DNA from: an uncultured Bacillales bacterium
GTDB lineage: Bacteria > Bacillota_I > Bacilli_A > RF39 > UBA660
Length of the DNA: 64,000 bases
Assembly: GCA_946410555.1 (NCBI GenBank)
Contig: CAMKAT010000001.1
Span: 47,108-111,107 of the forward strand
Direction of reading: 5' to 3'
Position 1 is the first letter of the stretch. The number at the start of each line of letters is the position of its first letter. The position numbers and the translations under genes were made by a program. The notes under the pieces were generated by a model. That model saw nothing but the letters and a program-made list of their open reading frames with translations. It searched no databases and was not told the origin of the DNA. Positions 49,976-60,441 of this stretch are shown here, piece after piece.

Positions 49976-50496
49976 GAAATAATGAAAAAAAGGAATTTTT
50001 TCTAACACTTGAAAAAGAGTATGATGAAGTAACTCTTCAAGAACTTACAAATATCGTAGAAAAAATAGAAAAAGAAAAATTAAAATATAAGGAATCTTAT
50101 GGTTTATTAAAATCAAGAAAAGTAAGAGAAATATATGCTTGTTTAGGAATGGCTTATTATAAAGGTTATGATTATGCTATGAATAGAATACTTCCTGTCG
50201 AAGCCTTATTTGTTAAACAAGAATTATTAAAATTTAGAGATTCAATCAGAGAAAATACAGTTAGAGATTTTGTAAAAGACTATGATGATGAAGATTTTAA
50301 ATTCTTAGAAACTTTAGTTTTTGAAGATGATAAAATTTTAAATTATGAACAAAAATTTTTATATATAAATGAATTAAGATATTTAAATGGTGAAATAGAA
50401 TGTGCTATTCCAAAAATAGATGTAAGAAAGAAAGACATACCAAGACAAAGACAAAGAAAAAGAAAAAAAGAAATACCTCAACTTGAAGAGGAATAG
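49972..50496 (+). CDS. Hypothetical protein with a basic C-terminal tail
   Basis: ATGA overlap with the upstream gene; no recognisable motifs. Confidence 0.35.
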   Translation: MRNNEKKEFFLTLEKEYDEVTLQELTNIVEKIEKEKLKYKESYGLLKSRKVREIYACLGMAYYKGYDYAMNRILPVEALFVKQELLKFRDSIRENTVRDFVKDYDDEDFKFLETLVFEDDKILNYEQKFLYINELRYLNGEIECAIPKIDVRKKDIPRQRQRKRKKEIPQLEEE

Positions 50497-50531
50497 TGTA
50501 TATGATATTCTTTATTTAGGAGTGATAAATT

Positions 50532-51101
50532 ATGGAAATTTTAATGGCATTCGCAGTAGTATTTTTATTTGTAATGTTATTCTCATTTGTATTAGCAATC
50601 ATTGGAATTATTGCTTTATACAAAACTTTTGAAAAAGCAGGTGTGGAAGGATGGAAAGCAATTATTCCTTTCTATAACTATTATGTAATGACTAAGGATG
50701 TAGCTAAGATTGAAGAATTCTGGTTCTTCTTACTTTTATTAGCAATAGTTCCTGTCATTGGACAATTAATCGCAGCTGTAGCAATGTTTAACATTCACTA
50801 TTCAGTAGTAAGAAGATTTAGTGAAGCTTCAGACATCAGAGTTTTAGGAACAATATTCTTTCCAATTTATGTATTATTCTCAGGCTTTGGTAATTTAAAA
50901 TATGATAATAGTGAAATGAGTAGAAATGGATTCTTCCAAGATTCTACAATTGATAATATCAGAGGTGGAAGTGGAAAGTATACAGGATCTACTAATTCAA
51001 CTAGTAGTTCAAGTTCTACAAGCTCTAAGTTCTGCAAAAACTGTGGAAACAAAGTAAATGAGAACGATAAGTTTTGTCAAAGCTGTGGAAATAAATTATA
51101 A
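50532..51101 (+). CDS. Membrane protein with a C-terminal zinc ribbon
   Basis: Three TM helices; C-terminal CKNCGNKVNENDKFCQSCGNK. Confidence 0.45.
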   Translation: MEILMAFAVVFLFVMLFSFVLAIIGIIALYKTFEKAGVEGWKAIIPFYNYYVMTKDVAKIEEFWFFLLLLAIVPVIGQLIAAVAMFNIHYSVVRRFSEASDIRVLGTIFFPIYVLFSGFGNLKYDNSEMSRNGFFQDSTIDNIRGGSGKYTGSTNSTSSSSSTSSKFCKNCGNKVNENDKFCQSCGNKL

Positions 51102-51103
51102 TT

Positions 51104-51128
51104 AACTCGTAATAACGAGTTTTTTTAT
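51104..51128 (+). terminator. Rho-independent terminator
   Basis: AACTCGT-AATAA-CGAGTT followed by T7. Confidence 0.65.
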
Positions 51129-51143
51129 TAAGAAGGTGTATTT

Positions 51144-51797
51144 ATGAAAGTCTTATTAACAGGTTCATCAAGTGGGTTAGGAGTAAACTTAGCTAAAAGA
51201 TTACTTGAAGAAGGTAACTTCGTAATTCTTCATTATAATAATCATTCAGATGAGATAAATAAATTACATGAAGAGTATCCTAATTCATTAATGTATAAAT
51301 GTGATTTATCAAGCGAAGCTGAAGTTCATCAAATGTATTTAGATCTTAAAGATAAAGAAATAGATTGCATTATTAATAACGCTGCAATTGAAATTAATTC
51401 TAATCTTGAAGAGAAAACATATAAGTCATTCATAGATGTATATAAAGTAAACTTAATAGCACCTTTTATGATAATTAGATATTTTGCACCATTAATGAAA
51501 ACAGGTTCAATAATAAACATATCAAGTGATAACGCAATTGATTCATATGATGAAATATCAAGTGAATATGATTGTTCTAAAGTATCTCTTAATTTAATAA
51601 CAAAGATCTATGCAGATAAATATAAAAACTTAAGAATAAATGCAATATGTTTTGGTTGGTTAGATACTAAGATGAATAACTTTGATGAAGATATAAAAAA
51701 ATTAATTGATTTTGTACCTATGGATAAAGCAGTCGAAGAAATAATGAATTCAATGGTTACAAAAAAATCAGGTACAATAAATATAGTAAGTAAGTAA
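51144..51797 (+). CDS. Short-chain dehydrogenase/reductase (SDR) family protein
   Basis: TGSSSGLG cofactor-binding motif; NAA active-site region; 217 aa. Confidence 0.65.
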   Translation: MKVLLTGSSSGLGVNLAKRLLEEGNFVILHYNNHSDEINKLHEEYPNSLMYKCDLSSEAEVHQMYLDLKDKEIDCIINNAAIEINSNLEEKTYKSFIDVYKVNLIAPFMIIRYFAPLMKTGSIINISSDNAIDSYDEISSEYDCSKVSLNLITKIYADKYKNLRINAICFGWLDTKMNNFDEDIKKLIDFVPMDKAVEEIMNSMVTKKSGTINIVSK

Positions 51798-51809
51798 TGG
51801 TGATTTAAC

Positions 51810-53273
51810 ATGATGAGTAAAGAATATTATTTAAATGAGTTAAAAGTAAGACTTTATGAAGAAGTAGGGTATTACATACAACTTAAAAAAGATTATGAAG
51901 CTAAAAAGACAAGCGTAGATTGTTTATATGATTTAGATAGTTTATTATCTGATTATAATATTTATGATATCTATGACAATAGATTTCAAGTTAGTGCACT
52001 TCTTGAATATATTTTTGATAAAGAAGCCTTTGAACAAATAAATGATAAATTTAATGAAGTACTTTATTCAAATTTTAATAACTCGGGATATCCAACATTA
52101 CCTGATGAAGAAATTTATAGAAAACTATTAGTAATCAGAGATGTAATATATGATGAATATTTAAAAGAAAAAAGAGAAGTTAAAAAATCAGAAAATGAAG
52201 TTGTTAAAGGTGAATACTTAATTAAAAAGTTCAAATATATTCATTCTTGTTTAAAAGAAGGTAGAGAACTTAAAGGTAATTCTATCTCAGTTATTAAACA
52301 ATTTATGGAAGAAAAGTCTTATTCACCTCAAAAACAAATCTTAGTTCTTGAAGCAATCAAAGGACATAATATTAAAGCACATAATCATTTAACTGAGGTT
52401 CCTAGATCATATATTGAAAAGATGATTAATACTTACTTAAGAAAATTTGAAATTCCTGAAGAAGTAGAAAATCAATATAGTAAAGAGTGTTTTCCAAAAG
52501 CTATTTCTTATTATAAAATAATTCATGAAATTGATTCAAATGAAATAAATGCCTATTTAGAATATCTACCTAAGGCGGAAAAAGATTCTGATGTAGAAAT
52601 GTTTAAATACATTTATTTAAGTTTTATGAATTTAATAATTGATGATATCCATGAATCAATCAGAGATATAAGTGATTTAGAAATATATAATGATTCTGAT
52701 TATGTTACAATCGCTATCGAAGATTACAAAAATAATTTAAAGAAATATATTACAGTATTCAATTACTTTAAACAAGAGTTATCTAAACTTCATGAAGATA
52801 TTAAAGAATATGAAGAAAAAGAAGAACTTGATGAACAAGAAAATAATGAATATGTTAATAGACTTGTTTATTTAAAATCTAATGGAGTATCTACTTTAGA
52901 AAAAGATTTAAAGGATATAAATAGAGAATATTATGATAGAGTATATTCATTACTTGAAAGAAAGAAATTAGGAACACTTACTTCAAGAAAAGATAGAGTT
53001 ATGAAATCTACTAATGATAAACTTGCAGGTTTTGGAAAACTTGAAGAAGATCAAGTTCGTATTATGTACAAGCCACTTGGAAATAACATTTATTTAATTA
53101 TTGGTGGATTTGTTAAAAAGGCAACTAAGGATTTAACTGGTTATTTAGCACTTGCTAATGAATACAATAGTGTAGAACTTCCTCCGATTGAAGAAATGCT
53201 TGAAGAAGCACCTGCACTCGAGGAAAGTTTACTTACATATATAAATTCTAACAAAAGAAGACAAGATCGTTAA
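51810..53273 (+). CDS. Large alpha-helical protein of unknown function, upstream of the amidoligase-like gene
   Basis: 487 aa, no TM; terminator after the stop (AGACAAGAT...CTTGTCT plus T-run). Confidence 0.4.
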   Translation: MMSKEYYLNELKVRLYEEVGYYIQLKKDYEAKKTSVDCLYDLDSLLSDYNIYDIYDNRFQVSALLEYIFDKEAFEQINDKFNEVLYSNFNNSGYPTLPDEEIYRKLLVIRDVIYDEYLKEKREVKKSENEVVKGEYLIKKFKYIHSCLKEGRELKGNSISVIKQFMEEKSYSPQKQILVLEAIKGHNIKAHNHLTEVPRSYIEKMINTYLRKFEIPEEVENQYSKECFPKAISYYKIIHEIDSNEINAYLEYLPKAEKDSDVEMFKYIYLSFMNLIIDDIHESIRDISDLEIYNDSDYVTIAIEDYKNNLKKYITVFNYFKQELSKLHEDIKEYEEKEELDEQENNEYVNRLVYLKSNGVSTLEKDLKDINREYYDRVYSLLERKKLGTLTSRKDRVMKSTNDKLAGFGKLEEDQVRIMYKPLGNNIYLIIGGFVKKATKDLTGYLALANEYNSVELPPIEEMLEEAPALEESLLTYINSNKRRQDR

Positions 53274-53327
53274 AACTTGTCTTTTTTAAATTTTTAATTA
53301 TAATAATCCAATAAGAAAAGAGGTGAT

Positions 53328-54314
53328 ATGATGACTTTTTCAGATAAAGATAATACTCAAGTTTCTAAACTAAATAAGAATGAATTAATAGAGTATAAAG
53401 AAGCATTAAGTGAATACTTTATTGATTATAGAGATACTTTAAAGTTAGATGAAAGAATTCAATTTGGTATAGAAATAGAATATGATAAATTTCCTAAAGA
53501 AAGAGTGGATGATTTTATAGCAATAAGATATCCAAAATGGGAATCTAAGTTTGAGACATCTTTACATTATGGAGGAGAAGTTACATCACCAATACTTAAT
53601 GATAATAAGGATTCATGGGAATCAATCAGAGAAGTTTGTGATTTTTTAAGAATTGCTGGTGCACAAGAAAGTGAAGAAGCAGGTGCTCACATTCATGTTG
53701 GTGCAGATATCATGGGAATAAATATTTATAGATGGATTAAGTTAGTTAAATTAATTTTAGCCTACGAAAATATTTTATATAGATATTCAGCAGGAGAATA
53801 TACTCGTTTAAGAGATAACTTTAATTCAGTTTGTTATCCTTTTGCTTTAGATTTATTAGAGGATTATAACTGTATTAAACATTTAGGTGTATCTAATAAT
53901 GTTGTATATAAGTTATTAAATAAATCTAGATTCCAATCTATTAATTTTAAAAATGTAGAACAAAATAACATAACAGATAGAATGAGAAAGAATACAATTG
54001 AATTTAGATTTCCTAATGCAACACTAGAACCAATTATATGGCAAAATAATACAAATACATTTGTTAGATTTTTACTAGCAACAAGAAAAGAATTAGATGA
54101 AGAATATATAGAGTATAGAATGAATTGTTTAGGTGATCACTTCGATAATGGTTTCTATGATTATATTGATGAAGAAGGAGCACTTCATTTTGCTGATCAA
54201 ATATTTGATAATGATTTGGATAAAGCAGCATTCTTAAGACAATACTATAAAGACTTTTCTAACATCGATCCTTACACACAATATAAATTAACAAAAAGAT
54301 TTATTAACAACTAA
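53328..54314 (+). CDS. Putative amidoligase (Amidoligase_2 / glutamine-synthetase-like carboxylate-amine ligase family)
   Basis: N-terminal GIEIEYD (GxExE-type) and downstream GAHIHVG motifs, reminiscent of the Pfam Amidoligase_2 family; needs HMM confirmation. Confidence 0.45.
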   Translation: MMTFSDKDNTQVSKLNKNELIEYKEALSEYFIDYRDTLKLDERIQFGIEIEYDKFPKERVDDFIAIRYPKWESKFETSLHYGGEVTSPILNDNKDSWESIREVCDFLRIAGAQESEEAGAHIHVGADIMGINIYRWIKLVKLILAYENILYRYSAGEYTRLRDNFNSVCYPFALDLLEDYNCIKHLGVSNNVVYKLLNKSRFQSINFKNVEQNNITDRMRKNTIEFRFPNATLEPIIWQNNTNTFVRFLLATRKELDEEYIEYRMNCLGDHFDNGFYDYIDEEGALHFADQIFDNDLDKAAFLRQYYKDFSNIDPYTQYKLTKRFINN

Positions 54315-54377
54315 AAAAGAATACTTAGTATCCTTTTTTTTATGGTATAATTTTCTTGTATTGTGGAGGGTGTATAA

Positions 54378-55820
54378 ATGAAATATGATTTAATCGTAGT
54401 TGGAATGGGTCCAAGTGCAGCTTTCCTTGCATATGAACTTATTCAACTTGGAAATAAAAAAAATGTTCTTTTAATTGATCAAGGAAAAAATATTAAAAAT
54501 AGATCTTGTCCAATTGAAAAAACTGGTAAATGTATGAAATGCAAACCATTTTGTAACATCACTTGTGGATTCAGTGGAGCTGGTGCATTTAGTGACGGAA
54601 AGCTTCTTTCATATCATATGTCTAGCTTAGGTAATTCTAATGATATGTATCTAGGTGGAAATGGTGGAGGTTATATTAAAGAATACCTAACTGAAGAGGA
54701 AATCAAAGATTTACTTGTCTATACAGATAATGTATATCTTGATTTTGGAGCAGATACTCATCTTGAAGGATTAGAATATAAAGATGAAATTAAAAAACTT
54801 CAAGAAAAAGCTGCTGAACAAGACTTAAGTTTAGTATCTTGTCCTATTAGACATTTAGGAACAGAAAAAGCTCATATTTTATATACAAAGATTCAAGATT
54901 ATCTTGAAGAAAACAATATAAACATGATGTATGAGACTGAAGTAAAAGATTTAATTACTGATGGAGATTCTATCAAGGGTGTAGTTATTAAACATAATTC
55001 ATCTACAGAAACTGAAGAAGTATATGCTGATGAAGTTGTACTTGCTGTTGGTAGAAAAGGAGCTTCATGGTTAAGTAATATGTGTAAGGTTCATAACATT
55101 AACACTAAGATTGGTGCAGTTGATATTGGCATTCGTTATGAGTTACCAGATAGTGTTATGAAAGATATTAATAAATACATGTATGAAGGAAAGTTCATTG
55201 GAAGACTTAAACCATATGAGGATAAAGTAAGAACATTCTGTCAAAACCCAAGTGGATTTGTAGCAGCAGAAGTTTATGATAATGGTTTAACTTTAGTTAA
55301 TGGACATTCATATAAAGATAAAAAGAGTACTAATACAAATTTAGCTATATTAGTAACTCATCATTTTACAACACCATTTGATAAGCCAATTGAATTTGGT
55401 GAAAATGTTGCAAGAAACTTAAATAGTTTAGCTAATGGTCATGTAATGGTACAAAGACTTGGAGATATTAAAAGAGGTGGAAGAAGTCACGAACATTCAC
55501 TTACTAATAACTCAGTTGTACCTACACTTAAAGATGCAGTTGCTGGTGACCTAACTTATAGTGTTGGCTATAGAACAATGACTGATATACTTACATTTAT
55601 AAATGCAGTTGATAAAGTAGTTCCAGGATTTGCTGGAGATGATAATCTACTTTATGGACCTGAAATAAAATTCTATAGTAATGAAATAAAATTAGATAAA
55701 AACTTCGAAACAAATATTAAGGGGCTATATTCAATAGGAGATGGAGGAGGACTAACAACAGGTTTAATGATGGCTTCAGCTTCCGGAGTTAAGCTTGCAA
55801 GAATTATAAGTCAAAAGTAA
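54378..55820 (+). CDS. FAD-dependent oxidoreductase with an N-terminal Cys cluster (COG2509-like uncharacterised FAD-dependent dehydrogenase)
   Basis: Rossmann DLIVVGMGPSAAFLAYEL; Cys cluster CPIEKTGKCMKCKPFCNITC; C-terminal GDGGGLT FAD motif. Confidence 0.6.
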   Translation: MKYDLIVVGMGPSAAFLAYELIQLGNKKNVLLIDQGKNIKNRSCPIEKTGKCMKCKPFCNITCGFSGAGAFSDGKLLSYHMSSLGNSNDMYLGGNGGGYIKEYLTEEEIKDLLVYTDNVYLDFGADTHLEGLEYKDEIKKLQEKAAEQDLSLVSCPIRHLGTEKAHILYTKIQDYLEENNINMMYETEVKDLITDGDSIKGVVIKHNSSTETEEVYADEVVLAVGRKGASWLSNMCKVHNINTKIGAVDIGIRYELPDSVMKDINKYMYEGKFIGRLKPYEDKVRTFCQNPSGFVAAEVYDNGLTLVNGHSYKDKKSTNTNLAILVTHHFTTPFDKPIEFGENVARNLNSLANGHVMVQRLGDIKRGGRSHEHSLTNNSVVPTLKDAVAGDLTYSVGYRTMTDILTFINAVDKVVPGFAGDDNLLYGPEIKFYSNEIKLDKNFETNIKGLYSIGDGGGLTTGLMMASASGVKLARIISQK

Positions 55821-55888
55821 GATGATAGTATATAGATATTGTTCAAATGAAGAAGAATATAAAGAAATTATAAAAAGATTGGTTAAAC

Positions 55889-56254
55889 ATGGATGTTAAT
55901 AAAAAACTAGAAAGTTTAAGTAAATCAAAATTCAGATCATCATTTCATTTAAATAAGAAGTTAATTTCTTATATAGATGAAAAAGGAATGGATACTGTAA
56001 AAAGACATACCGTAGATTTTATTACAACTCACTTAAGTGATGCGAATCCTTTAAATGATGGAAAACAAACTCCTATGAAGGGACACCCTACATTCATAGC
56101 AATGCATGCATGTGCTTGTTGCTGCAGATCTTGTCTATATAAATGGCATGGAATTGAAAAAGGAAAAGCATTAACTTCTGATGAAAAGAATTATATTTAT
56201 AAATTATTAATTACATGGATAAAGAAAGAATATGAATCTAAAAGAACTTTTTAA
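55889..56254 (+). CDS. Small Cys-rich protein (DUF4186-like)
   Basis: MHACACCCRSCLYKWHG motif; 121 aa; terminator overlaps the stop. Confidence 0.4.
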   Translation: MDVNKKLESLSKSKFRSSFHLNKKLISYIDEKGMDTVKRHTVDFITTHLSDANPLNDGKQTPMKGHPTFIAMHACACCCRSCLYKWHGIEKGKALTSDEKNYIYKLLITWIKKEYESKRTF

Positions 56255-56311
56255 GTTCTTTTTTCTTTATCTAAAAATAATGTTATAATAATTTCAAGGT
56301 AGGGTGAGAAT

Positions 56312-57070
56312 ATGATTAAGAGTAAGGATTATTTAATTAATACAACACATGATAAGGCTAAAATAATATATCCAGATTCAAATTTAAAATATGAATATAA
56401 TGATATATCAGAGATTGATAAAATAACTTTCAATTTAACTGAAGAAAAATTAAAGAAAGAGTTAAAAGAAAGTAATGGAAAACTTCTTAGAGGACCAGTC
56501 TTTATATATGAAAAACCAATTAATAGAAATATAGGTAATATGTATAAAGTGTTTGTAAATGAAACTACTTCTAAGAGTGAAAAATATCTAGCAGATTTTG
56601 AGAAATATATAGATGAAAGAATGGCTAGAGTTAAAGCTAAAAGTACTGATAAAGATGTTCATCTTCAACTTGCAGAAACAGAAATTTTCTATCAATACAT
56701 TGAAGAAATGCTTGATGAGGTAATCAGAGCATTTATTGATGGAGCTGTTCCTGTTTACGAAATGATTAGTGTAAGATCATTGATGCCAAATGATATTGCT
56801 ACTCACATAGTAAGAGTAAAGAATGATTACAAATCATTTAATGTAGATGAAAAGAAAAAAGAATTAAGACATATTGGAAGATCACTAAGTGGATACAAAG
56901 CACTTAGAAATTTCTTAATGGAATATATTAAATTTAAAAATGATGAATATGGTGGATTAAATAGAACATTATTTAACTATGCAGGTAGAACTATCAAAGG
57001 TAAATATTATCCAACTGAAAAAATAATGAATCAATTAAATGAAGAAATTAAGGAGAAAAAATTAAAATGA
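56312..57070 (+). CDS. Hypothetical protein
   Basis: 252 aa; translationally coupled (ATGA) to the next ORF. Confidence 0.35.
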   Translation: MIKSKDYLINTTHDKAKIIYPDSNLKYEYNDISEIDKITFNLTEEKLKKELKESNGKLLRGPVFIYEKPINRNIGNMYKVFVNETTSKSEKYLADFEKYIDERMARVKAKSTDKDVHLQLAETEIFYQYIEEMLDEVIRAFIDGAVPVYEMISVRSLMPNDIATHIVRVKNDYKSFNVDEKKKELRHIGRSLSGYKALRNFLMEYIKFKNDEYGGLNRTLFNYAGRTIKGKYYPTEKIMNQLNEEIKEKKLK

Positions 57071-57750
57071 ATTTAAATTTTTTAAAAGATAATCTAAAAG
57101 ATTATGTATGTCCTGTTTCTAGAAAAGAATATTTAGAATATTTACTTAATCTAGAAATAACTCCATTTAGTAATATTAAAGAATTAAATAATTTAGAAAT
57201 GAATAAACTAGAAGCAGAAATACTTAAATATAATTTAACAACTAAAGCCATTAATTCTATAAGTAGAAATTTACCAGATTATACTAAATTAGTTATTAAT
57301 AATTTTAGAAGTTTTGATTTAGAAGTAGGTCTTAATAGTTCATGGCAAATAGTTAATATGAATATCGGAGAAACAGGAAGTAAAATTACTTTCTATGATA
57401 GAAGTACACTTCTTAAAGATAATTTTGATTTAAATAATAAGTTAGATGAACTTGAAGAAGAATATTATCATAACTATGGTGTTTATTATGATCGATTAAA
57501 AGGAACACCTGAAGAAGTAGAATTAGGAACTAAAATCGAAGATCTTAAAAACAGAATATATGATTTAACTATGATGGTAAAAGATAAAGAAATATTTACT
57601 CTAGATAAAGCTTTAAGACAAGATTTATTACTTCCTGATGAAGAAAAAGAATTAATACATAGTGATGAAACATATAATACTTATAGTACTACTAATAATA
57701 GAAATATTAGGGTATATAAGAAAATTATTAGAAAAGATAACTATCTGTAA
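57067..57750 (+). CDS. Hypothetical protein
   Basis: 227 aa; followed by the terminator AAGACAAG-TAAT-CTTGTCTT plus T-run. Confidence 0.35.
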   Translation: MNLNFLKDNLKDYVCPVSRKEYLEYLLNLEITPFSNIKELNNLEMNKLEAEILKYNLTTKAINSISRNLPDYTKLVINNFRSFDLEVGLNSSWQIVNMNIGETGSKITFYDRSTLLKDNFDLNNKLDELEEEYYHNYGVYYDRLKGTPEEVELGTKIEDLKNRIYDLTMMVKDKEIFTLDKALRQDLLLPDEEKELIHSDETYNTYSTTNNRNIRVYKKIIRKDNYL

Positions 57751-57825
57751 AGAAACATGACAAAGACAAGTAATCTTGTCTTTTTTTATTTTTTTATTTT
57801 ATAATTAATATAGGTGAGTGAGTTT

Positions 57826-58806
57826 ATGAGAAAAGTGAATAAGAGAAAAAAGAAAAAATTTAGTTTAAAGAAATGGTTAAAAGGATTCACACTTGTTGAA
57901 CTATTAGCAGTCATAGTAATCCTTGCAATCATTATGATTATAGCTATTCCAAATGTATTAAATGTAATGGAACAAACTAAGAAAAAATCATTCGGTGAAT
58001 ATATATTAAAAGTATCAAAAGCAACCGAAGATAAATATATGAAGGAACAACTAACTACAGGTAATAGTAATATATGTTTAATATATGATATTACAAAAGA
58101 TTTAGATTTACCATCAACTGGTGATTATAAGGGATATACAATAGTTAATACTGATAATAATGATCATATTATTTATATAACTTTGTATGATAAAGATTAC
58201 ATGGTATATGGTCTTAAGAATACTCAAATTGATTCAGTTGATATCAAAAAATTCACAAATGAAGATGATGCAGGTCTAACTAAAGAAAACCTTGCAGGTG
58301 TAGCAAAATGTTCTACATTTACTTATAAAGAAAAAACAACAATCGAAGAGAGTAAAACCGGTACTGCTTCAAGTAACCCAACTAATAGTCAACCTAAGGG
58401 CTTATTAACAGGTACTAAAAGAGGTAAGAATAATTGGGTTGGAGTTTATAATAATGGTGATTTGGTAGGATGCTACAGTCTTGTATCAAAATATATCGGA
58501 GATCCTAAAAACAATCTTATATTATCTCAATATGGTGGAACAGAAGAAAACTATTGTACAACTGCAACAAGCACTGATCCTAACGTATGTGAACAAGGTA
58601 AGTCTACAGTTTGTTGTACTGGAAATCAAGGTGATAAAGTATATAATGCCTTAACATTTAGTGAATCTCCTACATATCCAAAAAGCTGTGGCATTATTTA
58701 TGCTAAAGTTAATCCAACAGTAGATCCTGACTTCTATTTATTTATGCAAACTTCTTTAAAATATGGTGGAGGAGAACTTCCAGCAAATGGAGTATATGAA
58801 GAATAA
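57826..58806 (+). CDS. Type IV pilin (prepilin N-terminal cleavage/methylation domain) with a long poly-lysine leader and a Cys-rich C-terminus
   Basis: KG/FTLVELLAVIVILAIIMIIAIPN class-III signal; about 20-aa basic leader; start at the ATG at 57826, because the track GTG at 57814 lies inside RBS AGGTGAGTGAG. Confidence 0.75.
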   Translation: MRKVNKRKKKKFSLKKWLKGFTLVELLAVIVILAIIMIIAIPNVLNVMEQTKKKSFGEYILKVSKATEDKYMKEQLTTGNSNICLIYDITKDLDLPSTGDYKGYTIVNTDNNDHIIYITLYDKDYMVYGLKNTQIDSVDIKKFTNEDDAGLTKENLAGVAKCSTFTYKEKTTIEESKTGTASSNPTNSQPKGLLTGTKRGKNNWVGVYNNGDLVGCYSLVSKYIGDPKNNLILSQYGGTEENYCTTATSTDPNVCEQGKSTVCCTGNQGDKVYNALTFSESPTYPKSCGIIYAKVNPTVDPDFYLFMQTSLKYGGGELPANGVYEE

Positions 58807-58890
58807 CTTTACGTTATTCTTTTTTTATTCATAATATTACTTGAGTAAAAATATTTAAAACTTTATACTTATATTAAGAGGTAGGTTTAT

Positions 58891-59619
58891 ATGCAAAAAG
58901 TAAGTAAGAAGAAAAAGAAAAAGTTTAATTTTAAAGAATGGATCAAAGGATTTACATTAGTTGAATTATTAGCAGTAATAGTAATTCTTGCAATCATAAT
59001 GATAATAGCAATTCCAAATGTATTAAATGTAATGGAACAATCAAAGAAAAAATCATTTATTACATTTGCTCAAAAGATTAATAAACAAGTTCAAGAAAAA
59101 TACTTACAAGATAGTATGACTAAGAGTTATCCAATAAGTAGTGGATATAATTACATAACTTATAATATAGATGAGTTAGGCATTTCAAGCGTAGGTAATT
59201 ATCGTGGAATTGCAAGTATACTAATAGATACAAGAGGTTCTGAAGAATCATTCTTTGTTCAAATATTTCTTGCTGATGATGACTATTATATTTCCTACGA
59301 TGCCAAAAAAGAATTTGGGGCTGCTAATTTAGATGTTGCATCTTTATCAAAAACATCTGAAATAGAATCTCAATTTGTAGCTTCTGGTATGACAAATTTC
59401 AAAGTTAAAAATTTTGCCAATAAAGAACTATTTAAAAATGTACTAGATAATTTCGGATGTAATACAATTGATGTGCATTTAATAGATGGAGTAACAACTA
59501 ATGAACTAATAAGCATTCCAAATCACTCATCTAATTTTTCAGGAGATACATGTACTGGTAATGATTTTCAAAATGCTATGGTGTTAGCACTTACAAAATC
59601 ATATACAGACTCATTATAA
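58891..59619 (+). CDS. Type IV pilin, paralogue B
   Basis: Leader MQKVSKKKKKKFNFKEWIKG, then G/FTLVELLAVIVILAIIMIIAIPN; about 75% identical to the next gene. Confidence 0.75.
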   Translation: MQKVSKKKKKKFNFKEWIKGFTLVELLAVIVILAIIMIIAIPNVLNVMEQSKKKSFITFAQKINKQVQEKYLQDSMTKSYPISSGYNYITYNIDELGISSVGNYRGIASILIDTRGSEESFFVQIFLADDDYYISYDAKKEFGAANLDVASLSKTSEIESQFVASGMTNFKVKNFANKELFKNVLDNFGCNTIDVHLIDGVTTNELISIPNHSSNFSGDTCTGNDFQNAMVLALTKSYTDSL

Positions 59620-59712
59620 AAGAATAACTTTACGTTATTCTTTTTTTTATTAATAAAATTACTTGAGTAAAACTTTTTAAAACTTTATACTTAAAATAAG
59701 AGGTAGGTTTAT

Positions 59713-60441
59713 ATGAAAAAAGTAAGTAAGAAGAAAAAGAAAAAGTTTATTTTTAAAGAATGGATCAAAGGATTTACATTAGTTGAATTACTAGCAGTAA
59801 TAGTAATTCTTGCAATCATAATGATAATAGCAATTCCAAATGTATTAAATGTAATGGAACAATCAAAGAAAAAATCATTTATTACATTTGCTCAAAAGAT
59901 TAATAAACAAGTTCAAGAAAAATACTTACAAGATAGTATGACTAAGAGTTATCCATTAAAAAATGGAACTAATTACATAATTTATAATATAGATGAGTTA
60001 GGCATTTCAAGCGTAGGTAATTATCATGGATGTGCAAGTATACTAATAAATACAAGAAATTCTGAAGAATCATTTTATGTTCAAATATTTCTTGCTGATG
60101 ATGACTATTATCTTATTTATGATGCAAATAAAGACTTTGGGTCTGCTGATTTAGATGTTGCATCTATATCAAAAACATCTGAAGTAGAATCTCAACTTTT
60201 AGCTTCAGGTATGACAGATTTCAAAATTAAAAATTTTGCTAATAAAGAATTATTTAAAATTGGACTAGAAAATTACGGATGTAATACAGTTGATCTGCAT
60301 TTAATAGATGGAGTAACAACTAATGAACTAACAAGTATTCCTAATCACTCATCTAATTATTCAGGCGATACATGTACTGGTAATGATTTTCAAAAAGCTC
60401 TGTTGTTAGGATTTACAAAATTATATACTGATTCATTATAA
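59713..60441 (+). CDS. Type IV pilin, paralogue C (tandem duplicate of B)
   Basis: The first 75 aa are nearly identical to B; the shared C-terminal NEL-SIPNHSSN-SGDTCTGNDFQ region is conserved and the middle is divergent. Confidence 0.75.
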   Translation: MKKVSKKKKKKFIFKEWIKGFTLVELLAVIVILAIIMIIAIPNVLNVMEQSKKKSFITFAQKINKQVQEKYLQDSMTKSYPLKNGTNYIIYNIDELGISSVGNYHGCASILINTRNSEESFYVQIFLADDDYYLIYDANKDFGSADLDVASISKTSEVESQLLASGMTDFKIKNFANKELFKIGLENYGCNTVDLHLIDGVTTNELTSIPNHSSNYSGDTCTGNDFQKALLLGFTKLYTDSL

